In this document: positions 1 to 9,945 of the stretch, piece after piece
How the letters are laid out: each line of letters opens with the position of its first letter
Position numbering within the stretch: the first letter of the stretch is position 1
DNA from: Pseudomonadota bacterium
GTDB lineage: Bacteria > Bdellovibrionota_B > Oligoflexia > Oligoflexales > RGVZ01
Assembly (NCBI GenBank): GCA_041178085.1
Contig: JBEGVZ010000043.1
Coordinates: 1 to 64,000, forward strand
Direction of reading: 5' to 3'
Length of the DNA: 64,000 nt
Made by a program: the position numbers and the translations under genes
Notes under the pieces: model-generated
Told to the model about the DNA's origin: nothing
What the model saw: the letters and a program-made list of their open reading frames with translations, nothing else
The model's database searches: none

Positions 1-53
1 CGGGCACCGGCCAAGGATGTGTCTACCAGCAAGATCAAGGGCCGGGCGCTCAT
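1..53 (-). CDS. tsaB: Probable tRNA t6A biosynthesis protein TsaB, 5' end only (runs off the window edge)
   Basis: ATG at 53, 1 bp after the rseP stop, reads MSARPLILLVDTSLAGA. This matches the TsaB N-terminal hydrophobic-D-T-S motif, and rseP-tsaB is a common order in this lineage. Confidence 0.6.
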   Translation of the reverse strand, partial: MSARPLILLVDTSLAGA

Positions 54-54
54 T

Positions 55-1755
55 TCAGTTACCTTCCCCGACCAGGGCCGCAAGCATGCTTTTCCAGAAA
101 CGACTGAAGTCATTGTAAGTAGCAAGAATCACAAGTGCGGCAACCAGCACGAAACCAAGGCGGTGAAACGCCTCCATGGCGCGCTCGCCAAGCGGTCGAC
201 GGCGAACCGCCTCGATGCTGAACAAAACCATTTGGCCGCCATCAAGCACAGGGATGGGTACAAGGTTGACCAGCCCAAGATTTACGCTGATCAGCGCGAG
301 CGATGAAAGAAATGCCTGCCAGCCAATTTTCGCTGAGTCGCCGGCAACCTTTGCAATCATGATCGGCCCGCCAAGTGCCTTGAGGGGAATTTCACCCGAA
401 ACAAGATGGAGCAATGCCTCTGACAACGTGGCCGTTTGGCGCCAGCACTCCGCGAAACCAAAGGCGAAGGCGGACAACCAGTTCCCGTACTTCTCAACGA
501 CAGGTTCGGGCTCACCAGGAGTACCCATCAACTGCACAGGAAGGGTGTAGACCACCACCTTGCCTTTTGCCTGCTGGGTGTCGATGCCTTTCAAATTCAC
601 ATCAAGTTGTAACGGTGAGAAATTCCTCTCGACGGTAACCTGGATTCTTGGCTCCTGGTTTTCGAGGATCATGTCACGCAGGCCAAACACACCCTTCACT
701 GGCTGGCCTTTGAACAGGATCAAACGATCCCCGGATTCAAACGGCGCCATGATATTTTCAGCACTGATAACAAGTTGGGCATCATCGATACCCAGGGCCT
801 TCAAATATTCGCGAAAGAGAGAAAACGGTGAACCCGGCCCAGCCGTCGCAGCCGGCCGTCTACCCGGCGGAATGTTCATGGCAAGGTTCAATTCAGCGCC
901 CGCACGTCGCAACCCAAGCTGGATTTTATCCGGACACTCCAACGCCAGCTTATGAGCCTTGATGGCAAGATCACCAAATCCGGTAACCTTGATTTCCGCT
1001 GAGCCAGCACACTGTAAAGAGACAACCTCATCACCGGTGTGCATGCCCGACTTTGCAGCGATGGAATCACCGCCAATGACGGCGACCCGCGCAGGAACAA
1101 TGCCGAGCGACACGCCAGCCCTGCCGATGCGGGTTTTCCGGCCCAATATGTTTTCGGTCTCGACCTGGGCGGGCGTCACGTCAATCTCAACTTGAGAGCC
1201 ATCCCGGTCCAAAACCCAGTGCATGCGGCGTCCTGCCGAACGGGATATCGATGTTTCAAGCTCACGCCAGCGCTGGATCTTTGCGCCATCGATCGATACG
1301 ACCCGGTCACCAGGGTAAACCCCCGCCGCCTCGGCCGCACCGCCTGGCAATACATCGCCGACCGAAGCCGGCGGATGAGGAATGCCGGCGCGCCCAAGGA
1401 CTGCAAAAGCCACAGCTGCCAGCAGGAAATTGGCCAGGGGACCCGCCGCCACAGTCGCCATGCGCCTCAAGTAGGAGGCGCGAAAAAACTCCTGACCACG
1501 CGCAGCATCGGGAACACTTTCAGCCGGCACGGCCCCATAGAACTTGACGTAGCCACCCAGAGGTACCGCACTCAAGCGATACTCCGTCACGCCACGCTTG
1601 AAAGAAAGAACAACAGGTCCGAAGCCAATTGAAAACGCCTCGACGGCAATGCCGCACCAACGCCCGACCAGGAAGTGTCCGAGTTCGTGCACAAAAACAA
1701 GCGCACCCAGGAGGATGACAACCGCGACAACCGGATGAGACAGGAATGCTTCCAT
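55..1755 (-). CDS. rseP: RIP metalloprotease RseP (site-2 protease with PDZ domains)
   Basis: VHELGH zinc motif, FSIGFGP, PLGGYVK, AGPLANF, NLVPIPVLDGG; follows cdsA. Confidence 0.95.
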   Translation of the reverse strand: MEAFLSHPVVAVVILLGALVFVHELGHFLVGRWCGIAVEAFSIGFGPVVLSFKRGVTEYRLSAVPLGGYVKFYGAVPAESVPDAARGQEFFRASYLRRMATVAAGPLANFLLAAVAFAVLGRAGIPHPPASVGDVLPGGAAEAAGVYPGDRVVSIDGAKIQRWRELETSISRSAGRRMHWVLDRDGSQVEIDVTPAQVETENILGRKTRIGRAGVSLGIVPARVAVIGGDSIAAKSGMHTGDEVVSLQCAGSAEIKVTGFGDLAIKAHKLALECPDKIQLGLRRAGAELNLAMNIPPGRRPAATAGPGSPFSLFREYLKALGIDDAQLVISAENIMAPFESGDRLILFKGQPVKGVFGLRDMILENQEPRIQVTVERNFSPLQLDVNLKGIDTQQAKGKVVVYTLPVQLMGTPGEPEPVVEKYGNWLSAFAFGFAECWRQTATLSEALLHLVSGEIPLKALGGPIMIAKVAGDSAKIGWQAFLSSLALISVNLGLVNLVPIPVLDGGQMVLFSIEAVRRRPLGERAMEAFHRLGFVLVAALVILATYNDFSRFWKSMLAALVGEGN

Positions 1756-1795
1756 TGATCAAGCTTCCAGAATAGCGCCCGACGTCCGAGACCTG

Positions 1796-2692
1796 TCAGG
1801 CAGCTGCAAGCACCGTGTACAAAAGCCACACACCGGGCGCGGCAACCAGCAAACCGTCCACGCGGTCAAGAAAACCACCGTGACCAGGGAAGATACCACC
1901 AGAATCCTTGACTCTGGCAAACCGCTTGATGACCGACTCGACAAGGTCACCGAGCTGACCGAGACTACCACCCACAACTGCCGCAGCCGTGGCTGCCAGG
2001 ATGCCACCGGTTGCACCACCCGTATAAAAATCAAGCGTGATGGCCGCTGCAATACTCGTAACCATACCGGCAATCGCACCTTCCCAGGTCTTCTTCGGGG
2101 ACTTGTTCGGCGAAAGCTTGTGTTTTCCGAAAAACCGGCCGCCAAAATACGCACCAGTATCGCCACCCCAGACTACCACCAGGAGCATGATCACCAAAGC
2201 TGGCCCCATCTGCATCTCGTAGAGTTGCCAGATCAACATCCAGGGCAAGCCTGCGTACACTAGCGTGACAAGCACACCAGCCATGCGCGACACTTCGGCA
2301 TCGATGCCACGCGTCAAAAAAATACTGGCAAGGGTTGCGATAGCCAGCGCGCATGCAACCAAACCAAGTTGCTGTGTGTACGGAGCGTTGGCCACGGCAA
2401 GAAACAATAAAAGCGAACCGGCCGCACAGGTAAGGGAGGCCCGCCCATAGGAAATTTGCGGATTTGATCCAGATGAAGAATCTCCGGCGGCAAGATCCGG
2501 ACTTTTTACATGATGGGCATGGAGCGCAAACAAGGCATCAAATTCAGGTAAGATCATCTTTGCTGCTTCGCGCACGGAAATCGCGCTGCATACCGCGAAA
2601 ACGGCCGCTACGAGCCCCGGGGTCCCATCAATCAGCGCCCACATCAACAGAGGCAAGCCAATCATGGATGTCACAATCCTGCGCATCAACAT
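1796..2692 (-). CDS. cdsA: Phosphatidate cytidylyltransferase
   Basis: DTGAYFGG, SPNKSPKKTWEG, KDSGGIFPGHGGFLDRVD motifs. Confidence 0.95.
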   Translation of the reverse strand: MLMRRIVTSMIGLPLLMWALIDGTPGLVAAVFAVCSAISVREAAKMILPEFDALFALHAHHVKSPDLAAGDSSSGSNPQISYGRASLTCAAGSLLLFLAVANAPYTQQLGLVACALAIATLASIFLTRGIDAEVSRMAGVLVTLVYAGLPWMLIWQLYEMQMGPALVIMLLVVVWGGDTGAYFGGRFFGKHKLSPNKSPKKTWEGAIAGMVTSIAAAITLDFYTGGATGGILAATAAAVVGGSLGQLGDLVESVIKRFARVKDSGGIFPGHGGFLDRVDGLLVAAPGVWLLYTVLAAA

Positions 2693-3504
2693 GATGTTTC
2701 ACCAGCGCGATCCGTGGATGCCTGCTGGCCCATCGACAGGTCTGCAACCAGCCCAAAACGCCGTTCACGGGCGCAATATTCAGTCAACGCCTGGCGGAAA
2801 TGCTTGCCGCCAAAATCCGGCCAAAGGACGTCCGTGAAATACAATTCGGCATAGGAAGCCTGCCACAGCATGAAGTTGGAGAGACGAAGCTCTCCACTCG
2901 TACGGATCAACAAGTCAAGATCCGGGAGGCCGTCTGATTGCAAGCAACGACTGAACAAATCGTCGTTCACATGCCCGGGGTCAATCACGCCTTCACGAAT
3001 CATCTGGGCGATCTGACGGGCAGCACCGACAATCTCGGAACGGGCTCCGTAGCTGACTGCAAGATTGAGAATCATTCCCGTGCACGAGGACAAATTCACA
3101 CAAGCATCAGTCAGCAACTTGCCCGTCTGCGCAGGCAGGCGATTGAGGTCACCCATGGTTCGAAGGCGAATATTTTGCTTCTTGAGAGCGGCCTGCTCCC
3201 TGAGCAAGTATGTGTCAAACAATCCCATCAGACCGCTGACCTCGGACTCGGGACGTCCCCAGTTTTCTTCACTGAACGCGAACAAAGTCAGGACCTTGAC
3301 CCCAGCTTGTGCCGCCGCAGTCACGACCTCGCGCACACTATCCGCACCGCGCTTGTGACCAAATATCCGGGGCATGAGCCGCTTTTTCGCCCAGCGACCG
3401 TTCCCGTCCATGATGATGCCGACATGCACTGGCACGGCGTCCGAAGGGATCCCGGTGCTTCCGGAGAGTTCTTCCGGATTTTTCGGCTTGCTGATCAAGT
3501 TCAT
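2686..3504 (-). CDS. uppS: Undecaprenyl diphosphate synthase
   Basis: HVGIIMDGNGRWA, FSEENWGRP, DLLIRTSGELRLSNFMLWQ. Confidence 0.97.
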   Translation of the reverse strand: MNLISKPKNPEELSGSTGIPSDAVPVHVGIIMDGNGRWAKKRLMPRIFGHKRGADSVREVVTAAAQAGVKVLTLFAFSEENWGRPESEVSGLMGLFDTYLLREQAALKKQNIRLRTMGDLNRLPAQTGKLLTDACVNLSSCTGMILNLAVSYGARSEIVGAARQIAQMIREGVIDPGHVNDDLFSRCLQSDGLPDLDLLIRTSGELRLSNFMLWQASYAELYFTDVLWPDFGGKHFRQALTEYCARERRFGLVADLSMGQQASTDRAGETSC

Positions 3505-3630
3505 CGAAGGCTGCCAAATGGTTAAAAACGAAGCTTTTCAGTAGCACAGCGGCGCGCCGGCCGTCTATCCACTTTGATGGGGCATGAAAACGGTGTAAGT
3601 ATCAGGATTCCCGGGAATAATGGAGCCCCC

Positions 3631-4449
3631 ATGCCGACCACTGACAAACCCGCCGGCAGACTGATCATGGCCAGCAACGGCCTGGGTCTGCCCCAGGATA
3701 TTCCGACCCGCAGCCTGGACGCGGTCAGGTCGGCCGACCTGCTCGTGTTTGAGGAGGATCGCGGTGGTCGCCCCGTGCTGAAAGCTGCCGGCATCCACCG
3801 GAGTTATCTGCGCTTCAATGAGCACAACCAGCAAGAAACATTGAACGAAATAAGGGCCGCGCTGCGCCAGGGCAGAACCGTCGCCTACCTTAGCGACCAG
3901 GGCTGCCCCGGACTCGCCGATCCGGGCCGTGCTGTCGTAGCAGTTGCGGTCCAGGAAAAGGCCCATGTCACGAGCATCCCCGGACCCAGCTCAATCACCT
4001 CTGCCATCGCCGTTTGCCCTTTCGATCTTTCGCGCTTCCAGTTCGCAGGATTCCCGGCCCGGGACGGGGAAGAGCGCCTGGTTCAACTCCGCTCACTGGC
4101 CCGCTCTGGCGAGCCGGTCATACTGCTCGACACACCCTATCGCATGCTACAGCTGCTTGCTGCATGCCGGGATGTGTGGGGGCCAGCCCATAAAGCCACC
4201 CTTGCCCTGGATATTTCTGGCCCTGAAGAAAAGAACATTACCGCCTCCCTTCAGACCTTGATTGAGGTCGCAGCGGATTGCGGGAAACTAAACTTTGTCC
4301 TGATTATCGATCGCGGGACGGCGAAGTCAGCGCCGCATCCGACGCCAGCTGCGCCTGCGCAGAAACCTGCTCCCACTGCCAATGGAGCCAAGGCGCGCAG
4401 CCGGGTTAAACCACCCAGATCCCGCAGACGCCAACCCGGAAGACCCTGA
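3631..4449 (+). CDS. rsmI: RsmI-like tetrapyrrole-methylase family SAM-dependent methyltransferase (16S rRNA C1402 2'-O-methyltransferase)
   Basis: YLSDQGCPGLADPG, IPGPSS, FAGF, DTPYR motifs. Start uncertain (3574-3667). Confidence 0.75.
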   Translation: MPTTDKPAGRLIMASNGLGLPQDIPTRSLDAVRSADLLVFEEDRGGRPVLKAAGIHRSYLRFNEHNQQETLNEIRAALRQGRTVAYLSDQGCPGLADPGRAVVAVAVQEKAHVTSIPGPSSITSAIAVCPFDLSRFQFAGFPARDGEERLVQLRSLARSGEPVILLDTPYRMLQLLAACRDVWGPAHKATLALDISGPEEKNITASLQTLIEVAADCGKLNFVLIIDRGTAKSAPHPTPAAPAQKPAPTANGAKARSRVKPPRSRRRQPGRP

Positions 4450-5502
4450 GTAGATCAATGACTGCCGGTAATACGGCATGAGTTCCGCCGACAAGGTTTT
4501 GGCTGTCGCCGCCAAGGGTATCGCAAACACGATACCCCAAACGCCCATCAACTTACCAAATGCGAGCACGGTTCCGATAACGACGGCAGGATGCAGGCCG
4601 GCGCGCCCACCAACCAGTCGTGGGGTCAAGATGAAACCATCTATCGCCTGCACCCCAAGGACACCGATGGACAACGCCAGGAACTGGGACAGCGTACCCT
4701 CGTGCGACACAATGGCAAGTCCGCCAAGCGAGATCGATACAATGGCATCAAGATACGGAACAATGCGGCACAAACCAGCTGCCAGCCCAAGCACTGCGCC
4801 ACCATCAATCCCCAGGGCAAGCATCAGGCCGGTGTAGAGCAAACTATCGACAAGGATCAAAAAGAATTGCCCTTGAAGGACTGCGCGCAGGGCTGACCCG
4901 GTTGACGAAAGGACACCGACGAAAACCGGCGCGACATCTGTTGGCAACAAACCGATGAACCATTGATTCACACGTTCACGCTCGATCAGCAGAAAAAAAG
5001 CGAAGAACGGAATCAAGGCAGCATCAATGAGTCCGCTGAGCAACCTGGTGCTGGTTGCAAGAACACCAGCAAATCCAGACTCCAGACGCCCGAGGATGTT
5101 ACCAAGAATTTGGGCCTTGTTACCCGCAAGGGTCGAAACTTCGCGAGAAGAGAATCCGTAGTTTTTCAAAGTCGCATTCAACTTCTCTGTGATCGAGCCA
5201 TATATTGCGGTGAACGCATCTGGCGCCTTTGAAGCAATGTGCGACACCTGCTCGACGGCCGAAGGAATAAAACCGCCCACCAGTGCCACTACGAAAAGCC
5301 CGGAGAAAATGAGGCAAAGGAATGCCCCGACCAGGCGCGGGACCCGGCGCGACTCCATCCAGTCGACCACCGGATTGAGAACGAGGGCAAGCATGCCCGC
5401 AAGGGCAAGCGGGATGATCAGGGGACGGAACAGCAAGTAAAACAAAAAACCACAAGCGATCAGCGCGAGCACCACCAAACCAATTTTTTTGTTTTTGGTC
5501 AC
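4327..5502 (-). CDS. AI-2E family (PerM-like) transporter
   Basis: Multiple TM helices; LNPVVDW, PRLVG..GLHP and G..GIVFAIP motifs. Confidence 0.85.
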   Translation of the reverse strand: MTKNKKIGLVVLALIACGFLFYLLFRPLIIPLALAGMLALVLNPVVDWMESRRVPRLVGAFLCLIFSGLFVVALVGGFIPSAVEQVSHIASKAPDAFTAIYGSITEKLNATLKNYGFSSREVSTLAGNKAQILGNILGRLESGFAGVLATSTRLLSGLIDAALIPFFAFFLLIERERVNQWFIGLLPTDVAPVFVGVLSSTGSALRAVLQGQFFLILVDSLLYTGLMLALGIDGGAVLGLAAGLCRIVPYLDAIVSISLGGLAIVSHEGTLSQFLALSIGVLGVQAIDGFILTPRLVGGRAGLHPAVVIGTVLAFGKLMGVWGIVFAIPLAATAKTLSAELMPYYRQSLIYSGSSGLASAGSGWFNPAARLGSIGSGSRFLRRRSWRRMRR

Positions 5503-5520
5503 GAGGGCATTCCGCCAGGT

Positions 5521-6441
5521 TCAACCAGGGTTCACTGCAATGACATTGCGGGCTAAACCCGCATAATCTGATTCTACGCGAACGTCCTGCCAGCCGTAAG
5601 CAGCAAGCAACTTTTGCACGGGGTCACCTTGGGACGCTCCGATCTCCAGGAAAATCTTGCCGGCCGGCGCAAGGCCAAGACGGGCAAGCTGGGCCAACGC
5701 CCGGTAAAACTCCAGCCCATCGCTATTACCGGAGAGCGCGAGCCGCGGCTCGTGGTCGCGGACGGAGCGATCCAGACAAGCAAGTTCCGCGTCGCTTATA
5801 TAAGGAGGATTGGAAATGATGATGTCCCATGCCGCCGGGGAGAATGCATCCTGCCTGCGCATGTCACAGACAGCGAAGGTTATTGTGTCTTCAACAGAGT
5901 TACGCCGGGCATTGTCGCGAGCAACTGCCAGCGCTGCATCTGAAACATCCCATGCGTGGACGCTGAGTCCAGCACCGGGATATTTTGCCACCAGGCGCTC
6001 ACGCCACCAGACGGCAATTGTAACCGGGATGCAGCCGCTGCCGGTACCAGCGTCCAGGACACGGAGCTTCCGCGCCGGATCCGCTACCAGCAAGCGTTCG
6101 ATTTCAAAAAAGGCTTTTTCAACCAACAGTTCTGTCTCCGGTCGCGGGATAAGAACTGCAGGCGACACAGTGAATTCCAGGCCAGCAAAACCTTTAGAAC
6201 CCAGAATGTAGGCGACTGGCTCACCGGATGCGCGACGCCGGATGTGGTCGCGATAGCGGGCTCGCTCGGATTCGTTGAGCGGCCGGTCAAATTTGGTGTA
6301 AAGCTCCACGCGTTTAAAGTCGAGTACCGCGCAGAGCAACAACTCAGCATCAATGCGTGGCGATTCAGACCCCTTCTCTTTCAGGAATCCGGCGGACCAT
6401 TGCAACGTTTCCATGACGGTCCAGATTTTATTTTCACTCAT
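5521..6441 (-). CDS. prmC: Release factor glutamine methyltransferase
   Basis: GEPVAYILG, VLIPRPETE, DAGTGSG, SNPPY; downstream of prfA. Confidence 0.95.
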   Translation of the reverse strand: MSENKIWTVMETLQWSAGFLKEKGSESPRIDAELLLCAVLDFKRVELYTKFDRPLNESERARYRDHIRRRASGEPVAYILGSKGFAGLEFTVSPAVLIPRPETELLVEKAFFEIERLLVADPARKLRVLDAGTGSGCIPVTIAVWWRERLVAKYPGAGLSVHAWDVSDAALAVARDNARRNSVEDTITFAVCDMRRQDAFSPAAWDIIISNPPYISDAELACLDRSVRDHEPRLALSGNSDGLEFYRALAQLARLGLAPAGKIFLEIGASQGDPVQKLLAAYGWQDVRVESDYAGLARNVIAVNPG

Positions 6442-7520
6442 GGTGCCTGCTCGAGTTCCTGCTTGAGCAATTCTGTCTGGTGATGGGTACCGAGCGCATC
6501 AAGCATTTCGTCCATCTTGCCATTGATGAACTCTGGCAGCGAATAAAGTGTCAGGTTGATCCGGTGATCTGTCACCCGTCCCTGCGGAAAATTATAGGTC
6601 CGGATCCGCTCGCTGCGGTCTCCGCTGCCGACCAGACTCTTCCTGGTAGCACTGATGGCGGCATGCTGTTCGGCCTGTGCTTTTTCTAGAAGACGCGCCT
6701 TAAGGATCTTCATCGCGCGATCCTTGTTCTTCAGCTGGGAGCGTTCGTCCTGGCATTCGACGACAATGCCGGATGGTCTATGGACAATCCTCACTGCCGA
6801 GTCCGCCGTGTTGACACTCTGACCTCCGGCGCCAGAGGACCGGAAAACAGAAATTTCCAGGTCTCCCGGGTTGACCGAGACCTCGACTTCATCGGCTTCC
6901 GGCAGGATCGCGACTGTCACGGCGCTAGTATGGATCCGCCCCTGCGCTTCCGTGGCGGGAACACGCTGAACACGGTGAACACCACTTTCAAATTTAAGGC
7001 GGCTGAAGACCTTCAGGCCCTCCACCATCATAATGACCTCTTTCAGGCCACCCGCCGATGCCGGCGTCGAACTGAGCACTTCCGTACGCCAACCTTTGTC
7101 ACCGGAATAGCGCGTGTACATGCGCAACAGGTCTGCAACGAACAGAGCCGCTTCCTCGCCGCCAGTGCCGGCGCGAATCTCGACCATGCAGTTTTTTGCG
7201 TCGTTGGGATCGCTGGGCAAGGTAAGGATGACAAGCTCGCGCTCGGACTCCTCAAGCAGGGACTTCACCTCATCCAGCTCAACCTTGGCCATGGTCCTGA
7301 GGTCGGGATCTTGCTCACCGAGCAACTCTCGCGCACCCTGCTCCCGCTTTTCTAGTTCCTTGAAACGACGAAAGGCCTCGACGATCTCCGCAAGGTTAGC
7401 GCGCTCTTTCGAGAGTCGCGTCAACTCGCGGCCGTCAAGGCCTTCCCGGGACAATGAATGCTCGAGCTCGACAAACCGCCGTTCCACTGCTTCCAGTTTT
7501 TCAAGCATCGAGCTGAGCAT
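6438..7520 (-). CDS. prfA: Peptide chain release factor 1
   Basis: GAGGQ, VHRVQRVPATE (PxT motif), RIRTYNFPQGRVTDHR. Confidence 0.97.
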   Translation of the reverse strand: MLSSMLEKLEAVERRFVELEHSLSREGLDGRELTRLSKERANLAEIVEAFRRFKELEKREQGARELLGEQDPDLRTMAKVELDEVKSLLEESERELVILTLPSDPNDAKNCMVEIRAGTGGEEAALFVADLLRMYTRYSGDKGWRTEVLSSTPASAGGLKEVIMMVEGLKVFSRLKFESGVHRVQRVPATEAQGRIHTSAVTVAILPEADEVEVSVNPGDLEISVFRSSGAGGQSVNTADSAVRIVHRPSGIVVECQDERSQLKNKDRAMKILKARLLEKAQAEQHAAISATRKSLVGSGDRSERIRTYNFPQGRVTDHRINLTLYSLPEFINGKMDEMLDALGTHHQTELLKQELEQAP

Positions 7521-7568
7521 GCGATGCCTGGTCTCCGTGAATCAATCGCGGCGGCGGTCAGGAGGCAA

Positions 7569-7769
7569 TCAGTTCTTGCCGTACTTCTTCTTGAACTTCT
7601 CGATACGGCCAGCCGTATCCATCAGCTTCTGCTTGCCGGTAAAGAACGGGTGGCAAGCGCTGCAGATTTCAACATGGATTTCCTTGCGGGCGGAACCGGT
7701 CACAAACTTGTGGCCGCAAGCGCACTGCACTTCAACCTGGTGGTATTCCGGGTGAATTCCTTCTTTCAT
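7569..7769 (-). CDS. rpmE: 50S ribosomal protein L31 (Zn-binding, C+ type)
   Basis: [26 protein letters not shown]. Confidence 0.97.
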   Translation of the reverse strand: MKEGIHPEYHQVEVQCACGHKFVTGSARKEIHVEICSACHPFFTGKQKLMDTAGRIEKFKKKYGKN

Positions 7770-7907
7770 AACGCCAATCCTTCACAAAATGGCCCCACCC
7801 TATCCAGGAGGGGGGCTCGTCGTTTCGTCTGCCTGTCGGCAGGAACCCAGCGTCTTACAACGCAAAAAGCCCTACCGTCAACTTCATCCGTCAACCTGGA
7901 CCTGCAC

Positions 7908-9347
7908 TCAACCGTTCATCGATTGGATGAACTCGGCATTGGTCTTGGTCTTCTCGATCTTGTCGAGCAGGAACTCCATGGCGTCCACAGTGTTCAGGGG
8001 CGCCAGCAATTTCCTCATGATCCACATGCGGTTGAGGACTTCCTTGGGCAGCAGGAGGTCTTCCTTGCGGGTTCCGGACTTGTTGATGTCGATTGCCGGG
8101 AACACCCGTTTTTCCGCCAACTTGCGGTCAAGGTGGAGTTCCATGTTACCGGTACCCTTGAATTCCTCGAAGATCACCTCGTCCATCCGGGAACCAGTAT
8201 CAATCAGAGCGGTCGCGATGATGGTCAGCGAACCACCTTCCTCGATATTCCGGGCCGCACCGAAGAAACGCTTCGGCTTGTGCAGGGCGTTGGAATCCAC
8301 ACCACCGGAAAGGATCTTGCCGCTGGGCGGGACCACCGAGTTATAGGCGCGGGCCAGACGGGTGATCGAGTCGAGCAAAATGACTACATCGTGCTTGTGT
8401 TCGACCAGGCGCTTGGCTTTTTCGATAACCATTTCAGCTACCTGGACGTGGCGCTGCGCCGGCTCATCGAAGGTCGAACTGATCACCTCACCCTTGACCG
8501 AACGCTGCATGTCCGTCACTTCTTCCGGACGCTCGTCGATCAGGAGGACGATCAGGATCGCCTCCGGGTGGTTTTTGGCCAGCGCGGTCGCAATGTTCTG
8601 CATCAGAACCGTTTTACCGGTCCTTGGGGGAGCGACGATCAGCGAACGCTGCCCCTTGCCGATGGGCGCCAGCAAGTCCATGACGCGAGTCGCATAGTTC
8701 TCACTCGCGTACTCCATCTTGAACTTCTGCATGGGATAGAGCGGGGTCAAGTTGTCGAAGATGATCTTCTCAAACTCGAGGTCCGGGCTTGCCCCGTTGA
8801 CCTTTTCCACTTTCAGCAGAGCGAAGTAACGCTCACTGTCTTTGGGCGGACGAATCTGGCCGGAGATCGTATCACCGGTCCGCAGATTGAAACGACGGAT
8901 CTGCGACGGCGACACATAGATGTCGTCCGGACCCGGCAAGTAGTTGTAGTCAGGGGCACGAAGGAAACCGAATCCGTCCGGCAGGGTCTCAAGGACACCT
9001 TCACCGTAAACCACACCACCACGTTCCGACTGGGCCTGGAGCAGGGCGAAGATCAGCTCCTGTTTGCGCATGCTGTTGGCGCCTTCAACGCCAAGGTCCT
9101 TCGCAAGGCGGCTCAAATCCGGGATCTTCCGTTCCTTGAGTTCCTTCAAATTGATTTCAGGAACTTCCTGGGCTCCTTGGGCTGCGCGGGGCGCCGCCGG
9201 AGCTGCTGGAGCTGCGCGTTCCGGAACAGAGGCCGGATCGACTTGCGCTGAAGCGTTGTTGTTCGTCGTTGGTTGCGCATCGGCAGCCGGCTGGTTGCCA
9301 TTAGTGGGTCGGCTGGTGCGCTTTTTGGTGGGGGTATCAGTGGACAT
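7908..9347 (-). CDS. rho: Transcription termination factor Rho with a low-complexity N-terminal extension
   Basis: [41 protein letters not shown]. Start placed at ATG 9347 after an AGAGAGG RBS. Confidence 0.97.
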   Translation of the reverse strand: MSTDTPTKKRTSRPTNGNQPAADAQPTTNNNASAQVDPASVPERAAPAAPAAPRAAQGAQEVPEINLKELKERKIPDLSRLAKDLGVEGANSMRKQELIFALLQAQSERGGVVYGEGVLETLPDGFGFLRAPDYNYLPGPDDIYVSPSQIRRFNLRTGDTISGQIRPPKDSERYFALLKVEKVNGASPDLEFEKIIFDNLTPLYPMQKFKMEYASENYATRVMDLLAPIGKGQRSLIVAPPRTGKTVLMQNIATALAKNHPEAILIVLLIDERPEEVTDMQRSVKGEVISSTFDEPAQRHVQVAEMVIEKAKRLVEHKHDVVILLDSITRLARAYNSVVPPSGKILSGGVDSNALHKPKRFFGAARNIEEGGSLTIIATALIDTGSRMDEVIFEEFKGTGNMELHLDRKLAEKRVFPAIDINKSGTRKEDLLLPKEVLNRMWIMRKLLAPLNTVDAMEFLLDKIEKTKTNAEFIQSMNG

Positions 9348-9534
9348 TGGGCCTCTCTTGTCGCCTTTCGTGAACAAACTTGAACTTAATGGTTTCTTGA
9401 ACTTTCGGTGTCGGATTCTGGAAGATTAGGGCTTTTCAGTGGGGCTTTGGACTTGTCCTGCTCCGGACCGGGCCCAATTTGTAACAAAACCTCTCAAGGG
9501 TTACAATCACTTTTGAAACTGGAGGTCCGCCACC

Positions 9535-9945
9535 ATGACCAAGCAAACAGGAAAAGCCTCTGACCGGGGAAGAAGACTGACCCGGACGTTCGCCGCTACC
9601 CTGCTGGCTACCACCTTTTTCACCGGCCGGCCGGCTTTTGCCGACATGGAAACCGAAGAAAAATTCGAAACCGTATTTGTCACCGCAGGTTATTCGACCG
9701 CGCTGGGCGCCGGCATCGGCCTTGCCCTGCTCGCCTTCACCCCGGATCCGGGCGACCGAATGCAGCGTTACATCGCAACCGGGGCCGCCACGGGATTTTT
9801 GAGCGGTGCTGCCCTGGGGGGTTATCTGGTCCTGCGCCCCGACACCAAGCCGCCCGAGGAAAAACTCGATCCGCACAAGAAGGCCTTGGGCCCAGGCCCG
9901 TCCAGAGCTGGTTTAAGGCTGGACTGGACAATCGCCCGTTTCTGA
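9535..9945 (+). CDS. Hypothetical exported/membrane protein with two glycine-zipper helices
   Basis: GGAGG RBS, signal peptide ending AFA, GxxxGxxxG-rich hydrophobic helices, terminal Phe. Confidence 0.7.
   Translation: MTKQTGKASDRGRRLTRTFAATLLATTFFTGRPAFADMETEEKFETVFVTAGYSTALGAGIGLALLAFTPDPGDRMQRYIATGAATGFLSGAALGGYLVLRPDTKPPEEKLDPHKKALGPGPSRAGLRLDWTIARF

Noticed and set aside
7458..9251. 597-aa plus-strand ORF antisense to rho/rpmE
   Set aside because: A shadow ORF from codon bias of a highly conserved gene on the opposite strand; no RBS or protein motifs.
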